NCBI GenBank assembly: GCA_963716395.1
Contig: OY970309.1
Span: 2,752,001 to 2,816,000 of the forward strand
Length of the DNA: 64,000 bases
Source: an uncultured Fibrobacteria bacterium
GTDB lineage: Bacteria > Fibrobacterota > Fibrobacteria > UBA11236
Direction of reading: 5' to 3'
The translations under genes and the position numbers were made by a program. Every line of letters begins with the position of its first letter. Position 1 is the stretch's first letter. A model generated the notes under the pieces. It worked only from the letters and a program-made list of their open reading frames with translations. It was not told the DNA's origin and made no database searches. Of the stretch, positions 39,214 to 50,020 are shown piece by piece.

Positions 39214-40431
39214 ATGGCCCGCAAAGGTTTGAAATTCGATCCCTGGCTCTGCGGCAGCGTACTGTGCCTGACCGGCCTGGGCGTGGTCCTGGTCGCCAGT
39301 TCGTCCGCCGACTTCGCCGCCAGCCGGCATTTGCCGGGATCGTATTACCTCGTGCAGCATGTGAAAAAAGTGCTGATCGGATTTCTGGCTTTTCTCGTGG
39401 GCATGATTCTGCCGTACAAAACCTGGGAGCGCCTTGCGCGTCCCATGCTGATCGCCACCATCGCCCTGCTGGCCCTGCTGATGGGCACGGGCATGGGGGA
39501 TCGCGTGCATGGCGCGCGCCGCTGGATTCAGTTCGCCAGCTTCGGCTTGCAGCCTTCGGAGTTGGCCAAGCTGGCGCTCATCTTTTATCTCGCGCGGCGT
39601 CTGGCCGAAAAGGCCGGCGATTTGCAATCGTTCCGCCGTGGTCTCTTGGCCGCGTTACCCGTGCCGCTGATCGTATTCGCCCTCATTCTGAAGCAGCCCA
39701 ATTACAGCACGGCCGCAACCGTGGCCTGCATCACCGTCGCCTTGGTGTTTCTGGCCGGATGCCGCGTCTGGCATTTGCTGGCCCTCGGGGCCGTGGCTTT
39801 GCCGGCCCTGGGCGCGCTCATGGTGTCGAGCGCGTACCGCATGCGCCGCGTACTCGCCTTCGTGAGCCCGGGAGCCAATCCGGCCGTGGCCTATCAAAGC
39901 CAGCAGGCCTTGATCAGTCTGGGTCATGGCGGCATCTTCGGAACCGGCCTGGGCAGCGGAACCGAAAAGCTCGGCTATCTGCCCATGCCTTTCACCGACA
40001 CCGTGTTCTCGATTCTCGGCGAAGAGCTGGGGTTCATCGGTACCCTCGCCGTGTTGCTGTTGTTCGGCCTGGTGGTGTGGCGCGGCTTGCGTATCGCGCG
40101 GCGCTGCCCGGATCGCTTCGGCGCCCTGGTGGCCACCGGGCTGTCGGTGTCGGTTGCCGTCAACGTCATCATGCACGTGGGCGTCTGCGTCAAGCTTTTT
40201 CCCGTCACGGGCCAGACTTTGCCCTTCATTTCCTACGGCGGCACGTCGCTGTTGGCCAATCTCTTCGGCATGGGCGTGCTGCTCAACATCAGCGGTGAGG
40301 TCGCCGAGGCCTCGGCGCGCGAATCGGCCTTGGGCGCGCCGGCGCGCAAAGCGGCGGCCGCCGCCCTGCTCAAAGGGCTGCCCGGCCGCGCGGTGCGGCC
40401 GCGGCCCTCCTTCCGCGAGGCCCGGACATGA
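39214..40431 (+). CDS. ftsW: SEDS glycosyltransferase FtsW
   Basis: GARRW, QPSELAK, QPN, EELG, LPFISYGG. Confidence 0.95.
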   Translation: MARKGLKFDPWLCGSVLCLTGLGVVLVASSSADFAASRHLPGSYYLVQHVKKVLIGFLAFLVGMILPYKTWERLARPMLIATIALLALLMGTGMGDRVHGARRWIQFASFGLQPSELAKLALIFYLARRLAEKAGDLQSFRRGLLAALPVPLIVFALILKQPNYSTAATVACITVALVFLAGCRVWHLLALGAVALPALGALMVSSAYRMRRVLAFVSPGANPAVAYQSQQALISLGHGGIFGTGLGSGTEKLGYLPMPFTDTVFSILGEELGFIGTLAVLLLFGLVVWRGLRIARRCPDRFGALVATGLSVSVAVNVIMHVGVCVKLFPVTGQTLPFISYGGTSLLANLFGMGVLLNISGEVAEASARESALGAPARKAAAAALLKGLPGRAVRPRPSFREART

Positions 40432-41807
40432 AACCCTCGGCCCGGTTGCGCCGCTTGCATTTTGTGGGCATCGGGGGCGCGGGCATGAGCGCCCTGGCCG
40501 AGACGTTGTTGGGATTCGGATTTGTGATCCGCGGATCGGATCGCTCCGACAGCGCGGCGGCGCGGCGGCTGCGCAGCCTGGGCGTGACCGTGTTCACGGG
40601 CCACGATGCCGCGCAGCTCGATCCGGGGTGCGATGCGGCCGTGTATTCCGCCGCCGTCGATCCCGAAAACCCCGAATTGCAGGCGGCCCGGGCGCGGGGT
40701 GTTCCGGTGGTGCGCCGCGCCGATTTGCTGGGCCTGGTGATGGCGCGCGGCCATGGACTGGCGGTGGCCGGCACGCACGGAAAAACCACCACCACCGGCA
40801 TGCTGATCCACATTCTCTGCGCGGCCGGCAACGATCCCACCTGGGTGGCCGGCGGCACCTGGCAAGGAGGCGCTTCCGGTCACGCGGGGCGGGGCGAATG
40901 CGTGATTGCCGAAGCCGACGAATACGATCGCGCCTTTTTGTCGCTGCGGCCGGCGTCGGCCATCGTGACCAATATCGACGCCGATCACCTTGATGTCTAC
41001 GGCAGCCTCGCCGCCGTGGGCGACGCCTTTGCGGTTTTTTTGCGGACGCTTCCCTTCTTCGGCACGGCGGTGGTGAACGCCGAAGACCCCGGCGTGCAGA
41101 GCATCCAATCACACCTGACGGGTCGCATCCGCACTTTCGGTTTCGATCAGGGAGATTATCAGGCCCGCCGCTTGGAAACTTCGGCCGCGGGCACGCGCTT
41201 CACCCTGTACCAATCCGAGCGCGAACTCGGCGCGGTGCGGTTGCGGGTGGTCGGCCGGCATAATGCGGCCAACGCCCTGGCCGCCGCGGCGCTGGCGCTG
41301 GAAGAAGGCTGTGGCTTCGACGCCGTGGCCGCGGGATTGGAAAGTTTTCCCGGTATGCTCCGGCGTCTCGAACGCATCGGCGCGCGGCGGAACATCGCGG
41401 TCTTCGACGATTACGCCCATCATCCCGCCGAGATCCTGGCGGCGCTGCAGGCGGCACGCCTGTTCACCACCGGGCGTTTGTGCGTTCTGTTCCAGCCGCA
41501 TTTGTATTCACGCACGCGCCAACTGTTGCCCGAATTCGCGCGCGCCCTCCAACTCAGCGATTGCCTGTTCGTGCTGCCGGTGTACGCTGCGCGCGAATCC
41601 GCCTCAGAGGGAATGCCCGGTGTCGACGGCGACGCCCTGGTTGCCGAAGCGAAACGCCTGGGCCACGTCGCCGCCATGTTTCTCCCGGATCGCGAAACCG
41701 CCGCCCGTACCGTAGCCCAACGCTTGCGGCCCGACGACGTGTGTGTGACCATGGGCGCGGGCGATGTGGGCGAACTGGCGCCCGCCATACTGGAGGCCTT
41801 GGCATGA
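40428..41807 (+). CDS. murC: UDP-MurNAc-L-alanine ligase
   Basis: GIGGAGMS, GTHGKTTT, EADE, DDYAHHP, FQPH. Confidence 0.97.
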   Translation: MKPSARLRRLHFVGIGGAGMSALAETLLGFGFVIRGSDRSDSAAARRLRSLGVTVFTGHDAAQLDPGCDAAVYSAAVDPENPELQAARARGVPVVRRADLLGLVMARGHGLAVAGTHGKTTTTGMLIHILCAAGNDPTWVAGGTWQGGASGHAGRGECVIAEADEYDRAFLSLRPASAIVTNIDADHLDVYGSLAAVGDAFAVFLRTLPFFGTAVVNAEDPGVQSIQSHLTGRIRTFGFDQGDYQARRLETSAAGTRFTLYQSERELGAVRLRVVGRHNAANALAAAALALEEGCGFDAVAAGLESFPGMLRRLERIGARRNIAVFDDYAHHPAEILAALQAARLFTTGRLCVLFQPHLYSRTRQLLPEFARALQLSDCLFVLPVYAARESASEGMPGVDGDALVAEAKRLGHVAAMFLPDRETAARTVAQRLRPDDVCVTMGAGDVGELAPAILEALA

Positions 41808-42664
41808 CGGTGCGCAAAAGCCGCGCGTCGGCGCGCAAAGCTCCGCCGGCCCGCAAAAAAGCGCCGGTGCGCAAGCCCGTCCGCCAGGGCGCCAACCGCC
41901 GTCGTCGGGCGGTGCAAAAGCGGGTGCTGCGCCAAGAGCAAATGCGGAGTTGGGGGCAGAACCTGGCGCGCCGGTTTTTCCATGCCGCCGCCTGGCTGCT
42001 GCTGGCTTGCGCCGCCGGGGCCGGAGCCTGGCAGGGCTGGCGCGCCTATCGCGCCGGGCGATTTCTCGTCGTGCGGCAAGTCGACGTGGAAGGAAACCGG
42101 CGTTGGGACGACGCGCGCATTCTCGCGGCTTCCGGGGTGGCCGTGGGCGAACATCTCTTCGCTTTGTCCTCGGGCAAGATTCGTCAGTCGGTGCTGCAAC
42201 TCCCGGGAATTCAGGATGTTGCCGTGCACGTGGGTTGGGACGGCGACGTGCGCCTCGACGTGCGCGAGGCCGACATCGTCGCCCTGCGCCGAACCGCCGG
42301 GTGGCAGGGTTTCACAGCCGCGGGGCAATGGATTCCGCTCCGGCGGGCCGTCGCCGACGTTCCCGTGGTGGAGGAGCGCCCCGGCGTGGACGACCGCGAT
42401 CGCGTCGCCTTGGCCGCTTTTCTGGAAGGGGCGCGCGCCGGTTACCCCGGTTTATTCGCCGCCTTTTCCCAGCTCGACGTGAAAAACGGGGACGAAGCCG
42501 ACATCTATTGGCGCGACGGCCGTCTTAAGGTCCGGGTTGATTATGCTAATAAGTCGTTGAATTCATTGGAGTTTCTGCGGGCTTTGCTGGCGCGCGAACG
42601 CGCGTCGTGGCCGCGGCAATGCACGGTCGACCTGCGCGTGGAGGGCTACGCCTATGTGCTTTGA
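41804..42664 (+). CDS. ftsQ: FtsQ/DivIB (POTRA)
   Basis: Basic N-terminal tail, TM, POTRA (VEGN) and C-terminal VDLR; located before ftsA. Confidence 0.8.
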   Translation: MTVRKSRASARKAPPARKKAPVRKPVRQGANRRRRAVQKRVLRQEQMRSWGQNLARRFFHAAAWLLLACAAGAGAWQGWRAYRAGRFLVVRQVDVEGNRRWDDARILAASGVAVGEHLFALSSGKIRQSVLQLPGIQDVAVHVGWDGDVRLDVREADIVALRRTAGWQGFTAAGQWIPLRRAVADVPVVEERPGVDDRDRVALAAFLEGARAGYPGLFAAFSQLDVKNGDEADIYWRDGRLKVRVDYANKSLNSLEFLRALLARERASWPRQCTVDLRVEGYAYVL

Positions 42665-42769
42665 GGGACCCGTCGCAGGTATGTTAAGTCACGTGCAGGA
42701 TCCGGGTCTCAGAAAAATTTTACTAATAGAAATGCGCACAAGGAAGTTATTATAATTGGAGGCAATCCC

Positions 42770-44005
42770 ATGGCGAATCCCATCGTAGGCCTGGACATCG
42801 GCACCACCAAGATCGGCGTCATCATCGGCGAGATCGACGGCAACCACGCGCTCAAGATCGTGGGCGTGGGCACCAGCCCCAGCGAGGGCCTGCGCAAGGG
42901 CGTCGTGATCAACATCGACAAGACCGTCAAGTCGATCAACCGCGCCGTCGAAGAGGCCGAACTCATGGCGGGCGTCGACGTCGAATCGGTGTACGTCGGC
43001 ATCGCCGGCGATCACATCAAGTCGATCAACAGCCGCGGCCTCATCGCCGTGTCGCGCGCCGATAACGAGATCACCCGCCAGGACGTAGCGCGCGTGATCG
43101 AGGCCGCGCGCGCCGTGGCCATTCCCCTGGATCGCGAAGTGCTGCACGTGATCCCGCAGGATTTCATCGTCGACGATCAGCCCGGCATCAAGGATCCCGT
43201 GGGCATGTCGAGCGTGCGCCTCGAAGGCGATGTGCATATCGTCACGGGCGCCATCACTTCGATGCAGAATATCTACAAGAGCGTGGAGAAGGCCGGCCTC
43301 AAAGTCGCCGACATCGTGCTCGAACCGCTGGCCTCGTCCTACGCGGTGCTCGAAGACGACGAGCGCGAATTGGGCTGCGCCGTGATCGACATCGGCGGCG
43401 GTACCACCGACCTCATCGTCTTCATCGAAGACAACGTGCGCCACACCGCCAGCATCGGGCTCGGCGGCCGCAACGTCACCAACGATTTGGCCATCGGCAT
43501 CCGCACGCCGCTGGAGCGCGCCGAGGAGATCAAACGCGCCTACGGCACCTGCCTGCGCTCGGGCCTCGAAGGCAGCGAATACATTCCCGTGCCGGGCGTG
43601 GGCGGCCGTGATCAACGCGAGGTGAGCCGCGCCGTGCTGGCCTCGATTATCGAGCCGCGCATGCGCGAAATTTTTGCCCTGGGGCTGCGCGAGTTGCAAA
43701 AGAACCATTATCTCGAAGTTCTCGGCGCAGGTGTGGTGCTTACCGGCGGCTGTTCCCTGTTGCACGGCGTTTCCGAACTGGCCGAACAGGTGTTCGGGAT
43801 GCCGGTTAAAATCGGCGTGCCCAAGGGATTCGGCGGCCTGGTCGACTCGGTGGCGTCGCCCATACACGCCACGGGCGTAGGCTTGGTGCAATACGGCATG
43901 CTACGGCGCACCGAGGGCAAAGAGGACGCGATGTTGGCGCCGGGAGGCGATCGCGTCAAAGACATTTGGAAAAGAATGACCGGGTGGGTCAAAAATTACG
44001 TCTGA
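42770..44005 (+). CDS. ftsA: Cell division protein FtsA
   Basis: LDIGTTK, DIGGGTT, AEEIK, VLTGG, C-terminal amphipathic helix. Confidence 0.98.
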   Translation: MANPIVGLDIGTTKIGVIIGEIDGNHALKIVGVGTSPSEGLRKGVVINIDKTVKSINRAVEEAELMAGVDVESVYVGIAGDHIKSINSRGLIAVSRADNEITRQDVARVIEAARAVAIPLDREVLHVIPQDFIVDDQPGIKDPVGMSSVRLEGDVHIVTGAITSMQNIYKSVEKAGLKVADIVLEPLASSYAVLEDDERELGCAVIDIGGGTTDLIVFIEDNVRHTASIGLGGRNVTNDLAIGIRTPLERAEEIKRAYGTCLRSGLEGSEYIPVPGVGGRDQREVSRAVLASIIEPRMREIFALGLRELQKNHYLEVLGAGVVLTGGCSLLHGVSELAEQVFGMPVKIGVPKGFGGLVDSVASPIHATGVGLVQYGMLRRTEGKEDAMLAPGGDRVKDIWKRMTGWVKNYV

Positions 44006-44034
44006 AAAATCGGAACGCGGGAAAGGAGCGGCCC

Positions 44035-45390
44035 ATGGAATTCATCCTGGATGAAGTGAAAGAAGAGCCCAAAACCCTGGCCAAACTCAAGGTCGTGGGC
44101 GTGGGCGGCGCCGGCGGCAACGCCGTGAACCGCATGGTGCAGTCGGGGCTGCACGGCGTGGAGTTCATCGCCGTCAATACCGACGCCATGTCCTTGAGCC
44201 AGAACCAGGCCCATGTCAAGATTCGCATCGGTACCCAAGTCACCGCGGGTCTGGGCGCGGGTGCCAATCCGCAGGTGGGCATGCTGGCCATGCAGGAAGA
44301 CCGCGATGCCTTGCGCGAACGGTTGCAGGGCGCCGACATGCTTTTCATCGCCGCGGGCATGGGCGGCGGCACCGGCACCGGAGCCGGACCGGTGGTGGCC
44401 GAGCTCGCGCGCGAACTGGGCATTCTCACCGTGGCCGTGGTCACCAAACCTTTTCTGTGGGAGGGGGCGGTGCGCGAACGCAACGCCCAGGCCGGCCTCG
44501 ACGCGCTGCGGCGGTCGGCCGACACCGTGATCGTAGTTCCCAACCAGAAACTGCTGTCGGTGGTGGAGAAGAACACGCCGCTGAAGGAAGCCTTCAAGGT
44601 GGCCGACGAGGTGCTGGGCGCCGCGGTGCGCGGCATCTCCGACATCATCCTGAAGCCGGGGTTGATCCAAGTCGACTTCGCCGACGTGCGCACCGTCATG
44701 GCGCAGGGCGGCGATGCGCTGATGGGCATGGGCGCGGCCAGCGGTGAAAACCGCGCCACCATCGCCATGGATCGCGCCATCCATTCGCCGCTCTTGGAGA
44801 ACATCAACATCGCCGGCGCCACCAGCGTACTGGTGAATTTCACCGGCGGCGAAGACCTCGCCCTGTCCGAAATTCACGAGGCCATGAACAGTCTGTTCGA
44901 AGCCGTGGGGTCCGAGGCCAACGCCAATATCATTTTCGGCACCGTCATCCATCCCGAAATGAAGGAAGAAGTATCGGTAACGGTGATCGCAACGGGTTTC
45001 GGGGCCCCGGCGGGGCAAAAATCCGCGGCCCGTCCGGCGGCGGAACCTCTGCGCCGTACGGCCCCGCCGGACGCGCGCCCGATGGGGATTCCTTCCGGGG
45101 GCGCTGAACCGCCGGAGCGGATTGAACGCCCGCTGCGCGAAGAGTTGACCCCGACCGACAAGGTGCCGTTCGGGGCGCGTTTGCCGCAGCGCCCGGTTTA
45201 TGGCGGTACCCCGCCCGTGCGCGCCGAAGAAAGCCGTTCGGTATTTCATGAAGCAGGGACGACTCCCGATGCGGGGCGGCGTTCGTCGCTACCGAATCTC
45301 TTCAGCGCTCCGCAACGCGGGCGATACTCCGAGTCAAGCCCCGACGTCGATTACGAAACGCCGGCATTTCTGCGCAACCAGGCGGATTGA
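44035..45390 (+). CDS. ftsZ: Cell division protein FtsZ
   Basis: GVGGAGGN, GGGTGTG, DFAD, C-terminal ETPAFLR. Confidence 0.98.
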   Translation: MEFILDEVKEEPKTLAKLKVVGVGGAGGNAVNRMVQSGLHGVEFIAVNTDAMSLSQNQAHVKIRIGTQVTAGLGAGANPQVGMLAMQEDRDALRERLQGADMLFIAAGMGGGTGTGAGPVVAELARELGILTVAVVTKPFLWEGAVRERNAQAGLDALRRSADTVIVVPNQKLLSVVEKNTPLKEAFKVADEVLGAAVRGISDIILKPGLIQVDFADVRTVMAQGGDALMGMGAASGENRATIAMDRAIHSPLLENINIAGATSVLVNFTGGEDLALSEIHEAMNSLFEAVGSEANANIIFGTVIHPEMKEEVSVTVIATGFGAPAGQKSAARPAAEPLRRTAPPDARPMGIPSGGAEPPERIERPLREELTPTDKVPFGARLPQRPVYGGTPPVRAEESRSVFHEAGTTPDAGRRSSLPNLFSAPQRGRYSESSPDVDYETPAFLRNQAD

Positions 45391-45613
45391 TTCCCACCCG
45401 GAATCGCTTCGACCTCATTCAATTTCCCTCCGCACGCGGTCGAATGCCCGCGGCATCCATTCCGGGAGCGCCCGGCAGAAGCGATGTCTCCCTGCGCCTT
45501 CACCATCCCTCGACAAATGGGGGAGCCTGACTTCGGCATGGATGGCTGCCGTGGGCGAGATATCGGCGGAGCCTGCAATTTAACCCCAGCAATCGTGCGG
45601 AGCGGGCGCCGAA

Positions 45614-47365
45614 ATGGGCTACATTGTCGGTACGATGGGCAAGCGTAAAGATGCTTCCCCCGGCGCCGCGCAGTTCGGACGTTATCGCGTACTTTCTGCG
45701 TTGGGTCAGGGCGCGATGGCCACCGTGTATCTGGCCGAAGATCCGCTGCTCAACCGCTTGGTGGCCATCAAGGTCATCCACTCCCATCTGGCTTCGGTGG
45801 GCAATCTGTTGGATCGCTTCACCGTCGAAGCCAAAACCGCCGCCGGGCTCCGCTGCCCCAACGTCGTCGAGATTTTCGACTACGGCGTACAGGACGGACA
45901 GCAATTTCTGGTGATGGAATACATCGACGGGCCCAATCTGCAAATAGTCCTCAATCTGCAGAACGGGATCCCGTTGGCTGCGGAGGTGGCCGCGGCCATT
46001 ATCGGCCAGGCGGCCGAGGGGCTGGCGACGGCCGAAAAGAACAACGTGGTGCATCGCGACATCAAACCCGAAAACATGATGTTCAGTTCCGAGGGCATCC
46101 TCAAAATCGCCGACTTCGGCATCGCGCATATCAATGAACAGAACCTGACGCAAACGGGCTCGATTCTCGGTTCGCCCAGCTTCATGTCGCCGGAGCAAAT
46201 CGAAGGCGGCAAGCCGACCCATCAAACCGACATGTTCTCGCTGGGGGCGGTCTTTTATTACTGCCTGACCGGGCGCAAACCCTTTGCGGGCAACAATATT
46301 CCCACCATCATGCGCAGTATTTGCGATCTCCCGCATCCCCCCGTGGTGGAAGCGCATGCCGCGGCCGATGCGGAGCTTACCGCGCTGGTCGGCACCTTGC
46401 TGCAGAAAGCGCCGGATGCGCGCGGGCAAGGGGCGCGCTGGCTGGCTTTGCAATTGCGCGCCTACCTGAACCAGAAGGGGGTGCTGGATCTTTCCGAGCG
46501 GGTGCGTGCGCACCTGCAGCAAATCAAGATCGATGAAGGCGATCGCACCTTGGTCGAATCCGAAGCTCCCGCGGCCGCGCCCGGGGGCACGCCTCCGCCG
46601 CGTCGGGGAAATACTTCGCGTTTGGCCGTTCCTTCCCAACCGGCAAAGGCTGCGCCTTCTTCAATCGCCCTGGGCGCCAAGAAAATTCCCTGGACTCTCG
46701 CGGCCGGCTTGGCGGTTTTGCTGCTGCTTGCGATCGGCGGAGCTGTGTGGTTGCGGAAAAAACCGCACCCTGCACCTCCGACCGCGTTGCCTGCTCTGCA
46801 ATCGCTCTCGCTCGTTCCTTCGGAAATCGAAATCGAGGCGGGGCAGAGCCGCGCGCTCCAGGTCGCGGCCGTTCCCCCGCAAGCCGCGCCCGAATTGGGG
46901 TGGCGCAGTTCTGATACGGCGGTCGCGCAGGTGGCGGCCGGGTTGGTGCGCGCCCTGCATCCCGGCCAGGCCCGCATCGAAGTTTTCGCCGCGGCGGACT
47001 CCTCGCTCACCAGTGCTTGCCAAGTTACGGTAACGGATGCGAAACCTGGGCAGAACCCGGCTGCCCAGGAGTCGACGGCCACGGGCACAACCCCGGCCGC
47101 GGCCGCCTCGGCCGCCACGGGCAAAGATACGGCGGCCGAAAAACCCGCGGCCGAAACCGCCAGCGTGGTCATCGCCTCGGCCCCGCCTTTTGCGGAAGTG
47201 TTTGTGGATCACCTGTATCTCGGCACCACCCCCCTGCATAAATCCGATCTTACGCCGGGTCGGCACCGGCTCTTGCTTTCCCATCGCAACTTCAAATCCC
47301 TCGATACTTCGGTGGTCATTCGCCCCGGCGCCAACCGTATGAAATTCCACCTCTCGGCGCTTTAG
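45614..47365 (+). CDS. Membrane Ser/Thr kinase with Ig-like (Big_2) and PEGA domains
   Basis: GQGAMA, HRDIKPEN, DFG, MSPEQ; TM; WRSSDTAVAQV (Big_2); SAPPFAEVFVD..GTTP (PEGA). Alternative ATG at 45635. Confidence 0.9.
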   Translation: MGYIVGTMGKRKDASPGAAQFGRYRVLSALGQGAMATVYLAEDPLLNRLVAIKVIHSHLASVGNLLDRFTVEAKTAAGLRCPNVVEIFDYGVQDGQQFLVMEYIDGPNLQIVLNLQNGIPLAAEVAAAIIGQAAEGLATAEKNNVVHRDIKPENMMFSSEGILKIADFGIAHINEQNLTQTGSILGSPSFMSPEQIEGGKPTHQTDMFSLGAVFYYCLTGRKPFAGNNIPTIMRSICDLPHPPVVEAHAAADAELTALVGTLLQKAPDARGQGARWLALQLRAYLNQKGVLDLSERVRAHLQQIKIDEGDRTLVESEAPAAAPGGTPPPRRGNTSRLAVPSQPAKAAPSSIALGAKKIPWTLAAGLAVLLLLAIGGAVWLRKKPHPAPPTALPALQSLSLVPSEIEIEAGQSRALQVAAVPPQAAPELGWRSSDTAVAQVAAGLVRALHPGQARIEVFAAADSSLTSACQVTVTDAKPGQNPAAQESTATGTTPAAAASAATGKDTAAEKPAAETASVVIASAPPFAEVFVDHLYLGTTPLHKSDLTPGRHRLLLSHRNFKSLDTSVVIRPGANRMKFHLSAL

Positions 47366-47467
47366 CGAATCTAAGGGCCGGGTACCGCCGGCCCCTCCAG
47401 AATTGTGGGGCTCTCGGCGGGCGAAGTGCGGTATGATTAAAAGGTTTTTTGCCACCCCCGTAGGCTG

Positions 47468-49267
47468 ATGGAATCCACTTCACCCCAGGAATCGTCCCCC
47501 ACCACCGAGACCCGGTTGGCGACGGCGCAAGGGGTGGGCGTTTCACTTTTGGTGGTGGGCCTGTTCGTGCTGGCTGTCTGGATTTTCAGCGATCAACCGG
47601 CCTTACCGCACCGCCAGGGATGGCGCGATGTCGCCGCGCTCACCACCTTATTATTGGGCTTCAGCGTGGTGCTGGTGCAGATGAATCGCCGGTGGGCGCT
47701 GCTATCGTCCCGGGCCAACCTAGCTCTGCGCGAAGAACATGCGCGCTTGCACCGGTTACTGGGCGAGAAAGAGCGCGCCGAATCCGAAGCGCGCCGCAGC
47801 CGCGAATTGCTGCAAACCGCGGTCTCCCATGCGCCGCTCGTCCTGTTCATGCTGGATCGGAACTACGTCTTTCAATTATCGGTCGGCAAAGGGTTGAACG
47901 CCGTGGGCATGAAGCAAAATCAATCGGCCGGACATTCGGTGCGCACGGTGTACGCCGGTTTCCCCGACTTTTTGCAAAGTCTCGACCAGGCCATGGCCGG
48001 CGCGCCGGCGGAATACCGGATTCGGGTGCGGGGGCGCGTTTTTCACGGTTATCTGAATCCGTTGCTGGACGATCACGAGAGCGTGCAGGGTGTCATCGGA
48101 CTGGCCATGGATGTCACCGAACAATTGGCTACCCAACAGGAGTTGCGGGCCAGCGAGGAGCGCTTTCGTACCCTCATGGAGCAATCGCCGCTCAGCAAGC
48201 AGATCTTCGACGCCGACGGAAACAGCCTGGCGGTGAACTCGTCCTGGGAGCGTTTGTGGGAGTCGCACCGGGAGGATTCAGCCGGCTACAACCTGTTCCA
48301 AGATGTGCACTGGCAGGCCACGGGTCTTCTTCCCCTGCTGCGTCGCGCCTTCGAGGGTGAGGCCGTTTCCATTCCCCCGCGGCGCTACGACCCCCGCGAC
48401 CATGGCAAAGCGGGCAATCCGCGCTGGACCCAAGGCCTCATGTATCCGCTCAAAGATCCCGACGGTAGGGTGCGCGAAGTGGTGCTGGTGCAGGAAGACA
48501 TCACCGAGCGTCGCGAAGCGGAAGAAGAAATACGCAACCTCAATGCGAGTTTGGAACACAAGGTGCGCGAGCGCACGGCGCAATTGGAAGACGCCGTACG
48601 GGAACTGGAGGCCTTTTCGTATTCCGTGTCGCATGATCTGCGGGCCCCGCTCCGCCATATCGGGGGTTTTGTGGAATTGCTTTCGAAGCGAGCGGCCCCG
48701 GTGCTCGACGCCGACAGCCTCCGCTATGTGGGCATCATTTCCGAATCCGTGCAGCGCATGGACAAATTGATTTCCGAATTGCTTTCGTTTTCGCGCATGA
48801 GCCGGCAGGAGTTGTTGCGTTCGCGTTTCAATCTGTCGGAGTCGGTGGGCCAATGCATTCGGGAATTGGACTCTGAAGTGCAGAATCGACACGTGACATG
48901 GAAACTGGCTTCTTTGCCGGATGCGGTGGGCGATCAGACCTTATTGCGCCAAGTCCTCGCCAATTTGTTGTCCAATGCCGTTAAATTCACGCGCTTGCGC
49001 GAGGAAGCCTGTATCGAGGTGGGGTCGCAGCCGGATGGCGAGGGGAGCACCGCCTATTTCGTGAGGGATAACGGCGTGGGGTTCGACATGAAATATGTCG
49101 ACAAATTGTTTGGGGTGTTCCAACGGTTGCACGGCGCCTCGCAATTCGAAGGCACGGGCATCGGTCTGGCCAACGTGCGGCGCATCATCAACCGTCATGG
49201 CGGCCGGGTCTGGGCCGAAGGACGGCCGGGTGAAGGCGCGGTGTTTTATTTTTCCCTACCGAACTGA
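47468..49267 (+). CDS. Two-TM PAS-PAS sensor histidine kinase
   Basis: ELEAFSYSVSHDLRAPL H-box, NAVKF, DNGVG, GTGIGL. Confidence 0.95.
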   Translation: MESTSPQESSPTTETRLATAQGVGVSLLVVGLFVLAVWIFSDQPALPHRQGWRDVAALTTLLLGFSVVLVQMNRRWALLSSRANLALREEHARLHRLLGEKERAESEARRSRELLQTAVSHAPLVLFMLDRNYVFQLSVGKGLNAVGMKQNQSAGHSVRTVYAGFPDFLQSLDQAMAGAPAEYRIRVRGRVFHGYLNPLLDDHESVQGVIGLAMDVTEQLATQQELRASEERFRTLMEQSPLSKQIFDADGNSLAVNSSWERLWESHREDSAGYNLFQDVHWQATGLLPLLRRAFEGEAVSIPPRRYDPRDHGKAGNPRWTQGLMYPLKDPDGRVREVVLVQEDITERREAEEEIRNLNASLEHKVRERTAQLEDAVRELEAFSYSVSHDLRAPLRHIGGFVELLSKRAAPVLDADSLRYVGIISESVQRMDKLISELLSFSRMSRQELLRSRFNLSESVGQCIRELDSEVQNRHVTWKLASLPDAVGDQTLLRQVLANLLSNAVKFTRLREEACIEVGSQPDGEGSTAYFVRDNGVGFDMKYVDKLFGVFQRLHGASQFEGTGIGLANVRRIINRHGGRVWAEGRPGEGAVFYFSLPN

Positions 49268-49279
49268 AAGCAGGTTGCA

Positions 49280-49750
49280 ATGGAAGCACTGAAACCCATT
49301 TTATTGGTCGAAGACAACGAACTCGACATTGAGCTGACGCTTGAAGCTTTCAAGGCCAATCACCTGGCCAATTCGGTATTCGTGGTGCGCGACGGCGAAG
49401 AAGCCTTGGAATACCTGTTCCGCACCGGGCGCTACGCCGATCGTCCGGAAGGCAGCCCCATCGCCGTGCTGCTGGATTTGAAAATGCCCAAGGTGACGGG
49501 GCTCGAAGTGCTGCGGCAGGTGAAATCCGATACGAATTTGAAGACCATTCCCATCGTGATGGTGACGACTTCGAAGGAAGAACAGGATTTGGTTCAGAGT
49601 TATCAGTTGGGCGTGAATGCCTATGTGATCAAACCCATTCATTTTCCCGAATTCGTCGAGGCTATCCGTAATCTCGGCACCTTCTGGGCTTTGGTGAACC
49701 AGCCCCCGCCGGGCTCGGTTCCGGGGGAACCCTTGCGCCCGGTGCCGTGA
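49280..49750 (+). CDS. Single-domain response regulator (Rcp1-like)
   Basis: VEDN, LLDLKMP, KP and FW motifs. Confidence 0.94.
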   Translation: MEALKPILLVEDNELDIELTLEAFKANHLANSVFVVRDGEEALEYLFRTGRYADRPEGSPIAVLLDLKMPKVTGLEVLRQVKSDTNLKTIPIVMVTTSKEEQDLVQSYQLGVNAYVIKPIHFPEFVEAIRNLGTFWALVNQPPPGSVPGEPLRPVP

Positions 49751-50020
49751 CAGGCGGCCGGAACTTCCCCTATTTTCCGGGTTTTGAAATCGCAACCACT
49801 TGCGGCGGAAAAGACGCGGCCGTTCTTCTTCTAGCGCGTATTGAGACGGGTTCCCGGGGCGTTTACGCCGTAAGCCATTGAATATCTCACGTGTATCCCG
49901 CGGATCAGGCCGAAGCGGGCGCCGGCTTTCGTCGGAAGCGAGAATTCGTTTCTATAGATGCGAGCAGTTCGGTCGGCGAAGATTGATTCGGATGTTATAA
50001 TTCCCTGTAGAGGTCAGACC

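Noticed and set aside
45391-45613. Possible ncRNA between ftsZ and the kinase
   Set aside because: Only weak GC-rich pairings, with no recognisable family motif.
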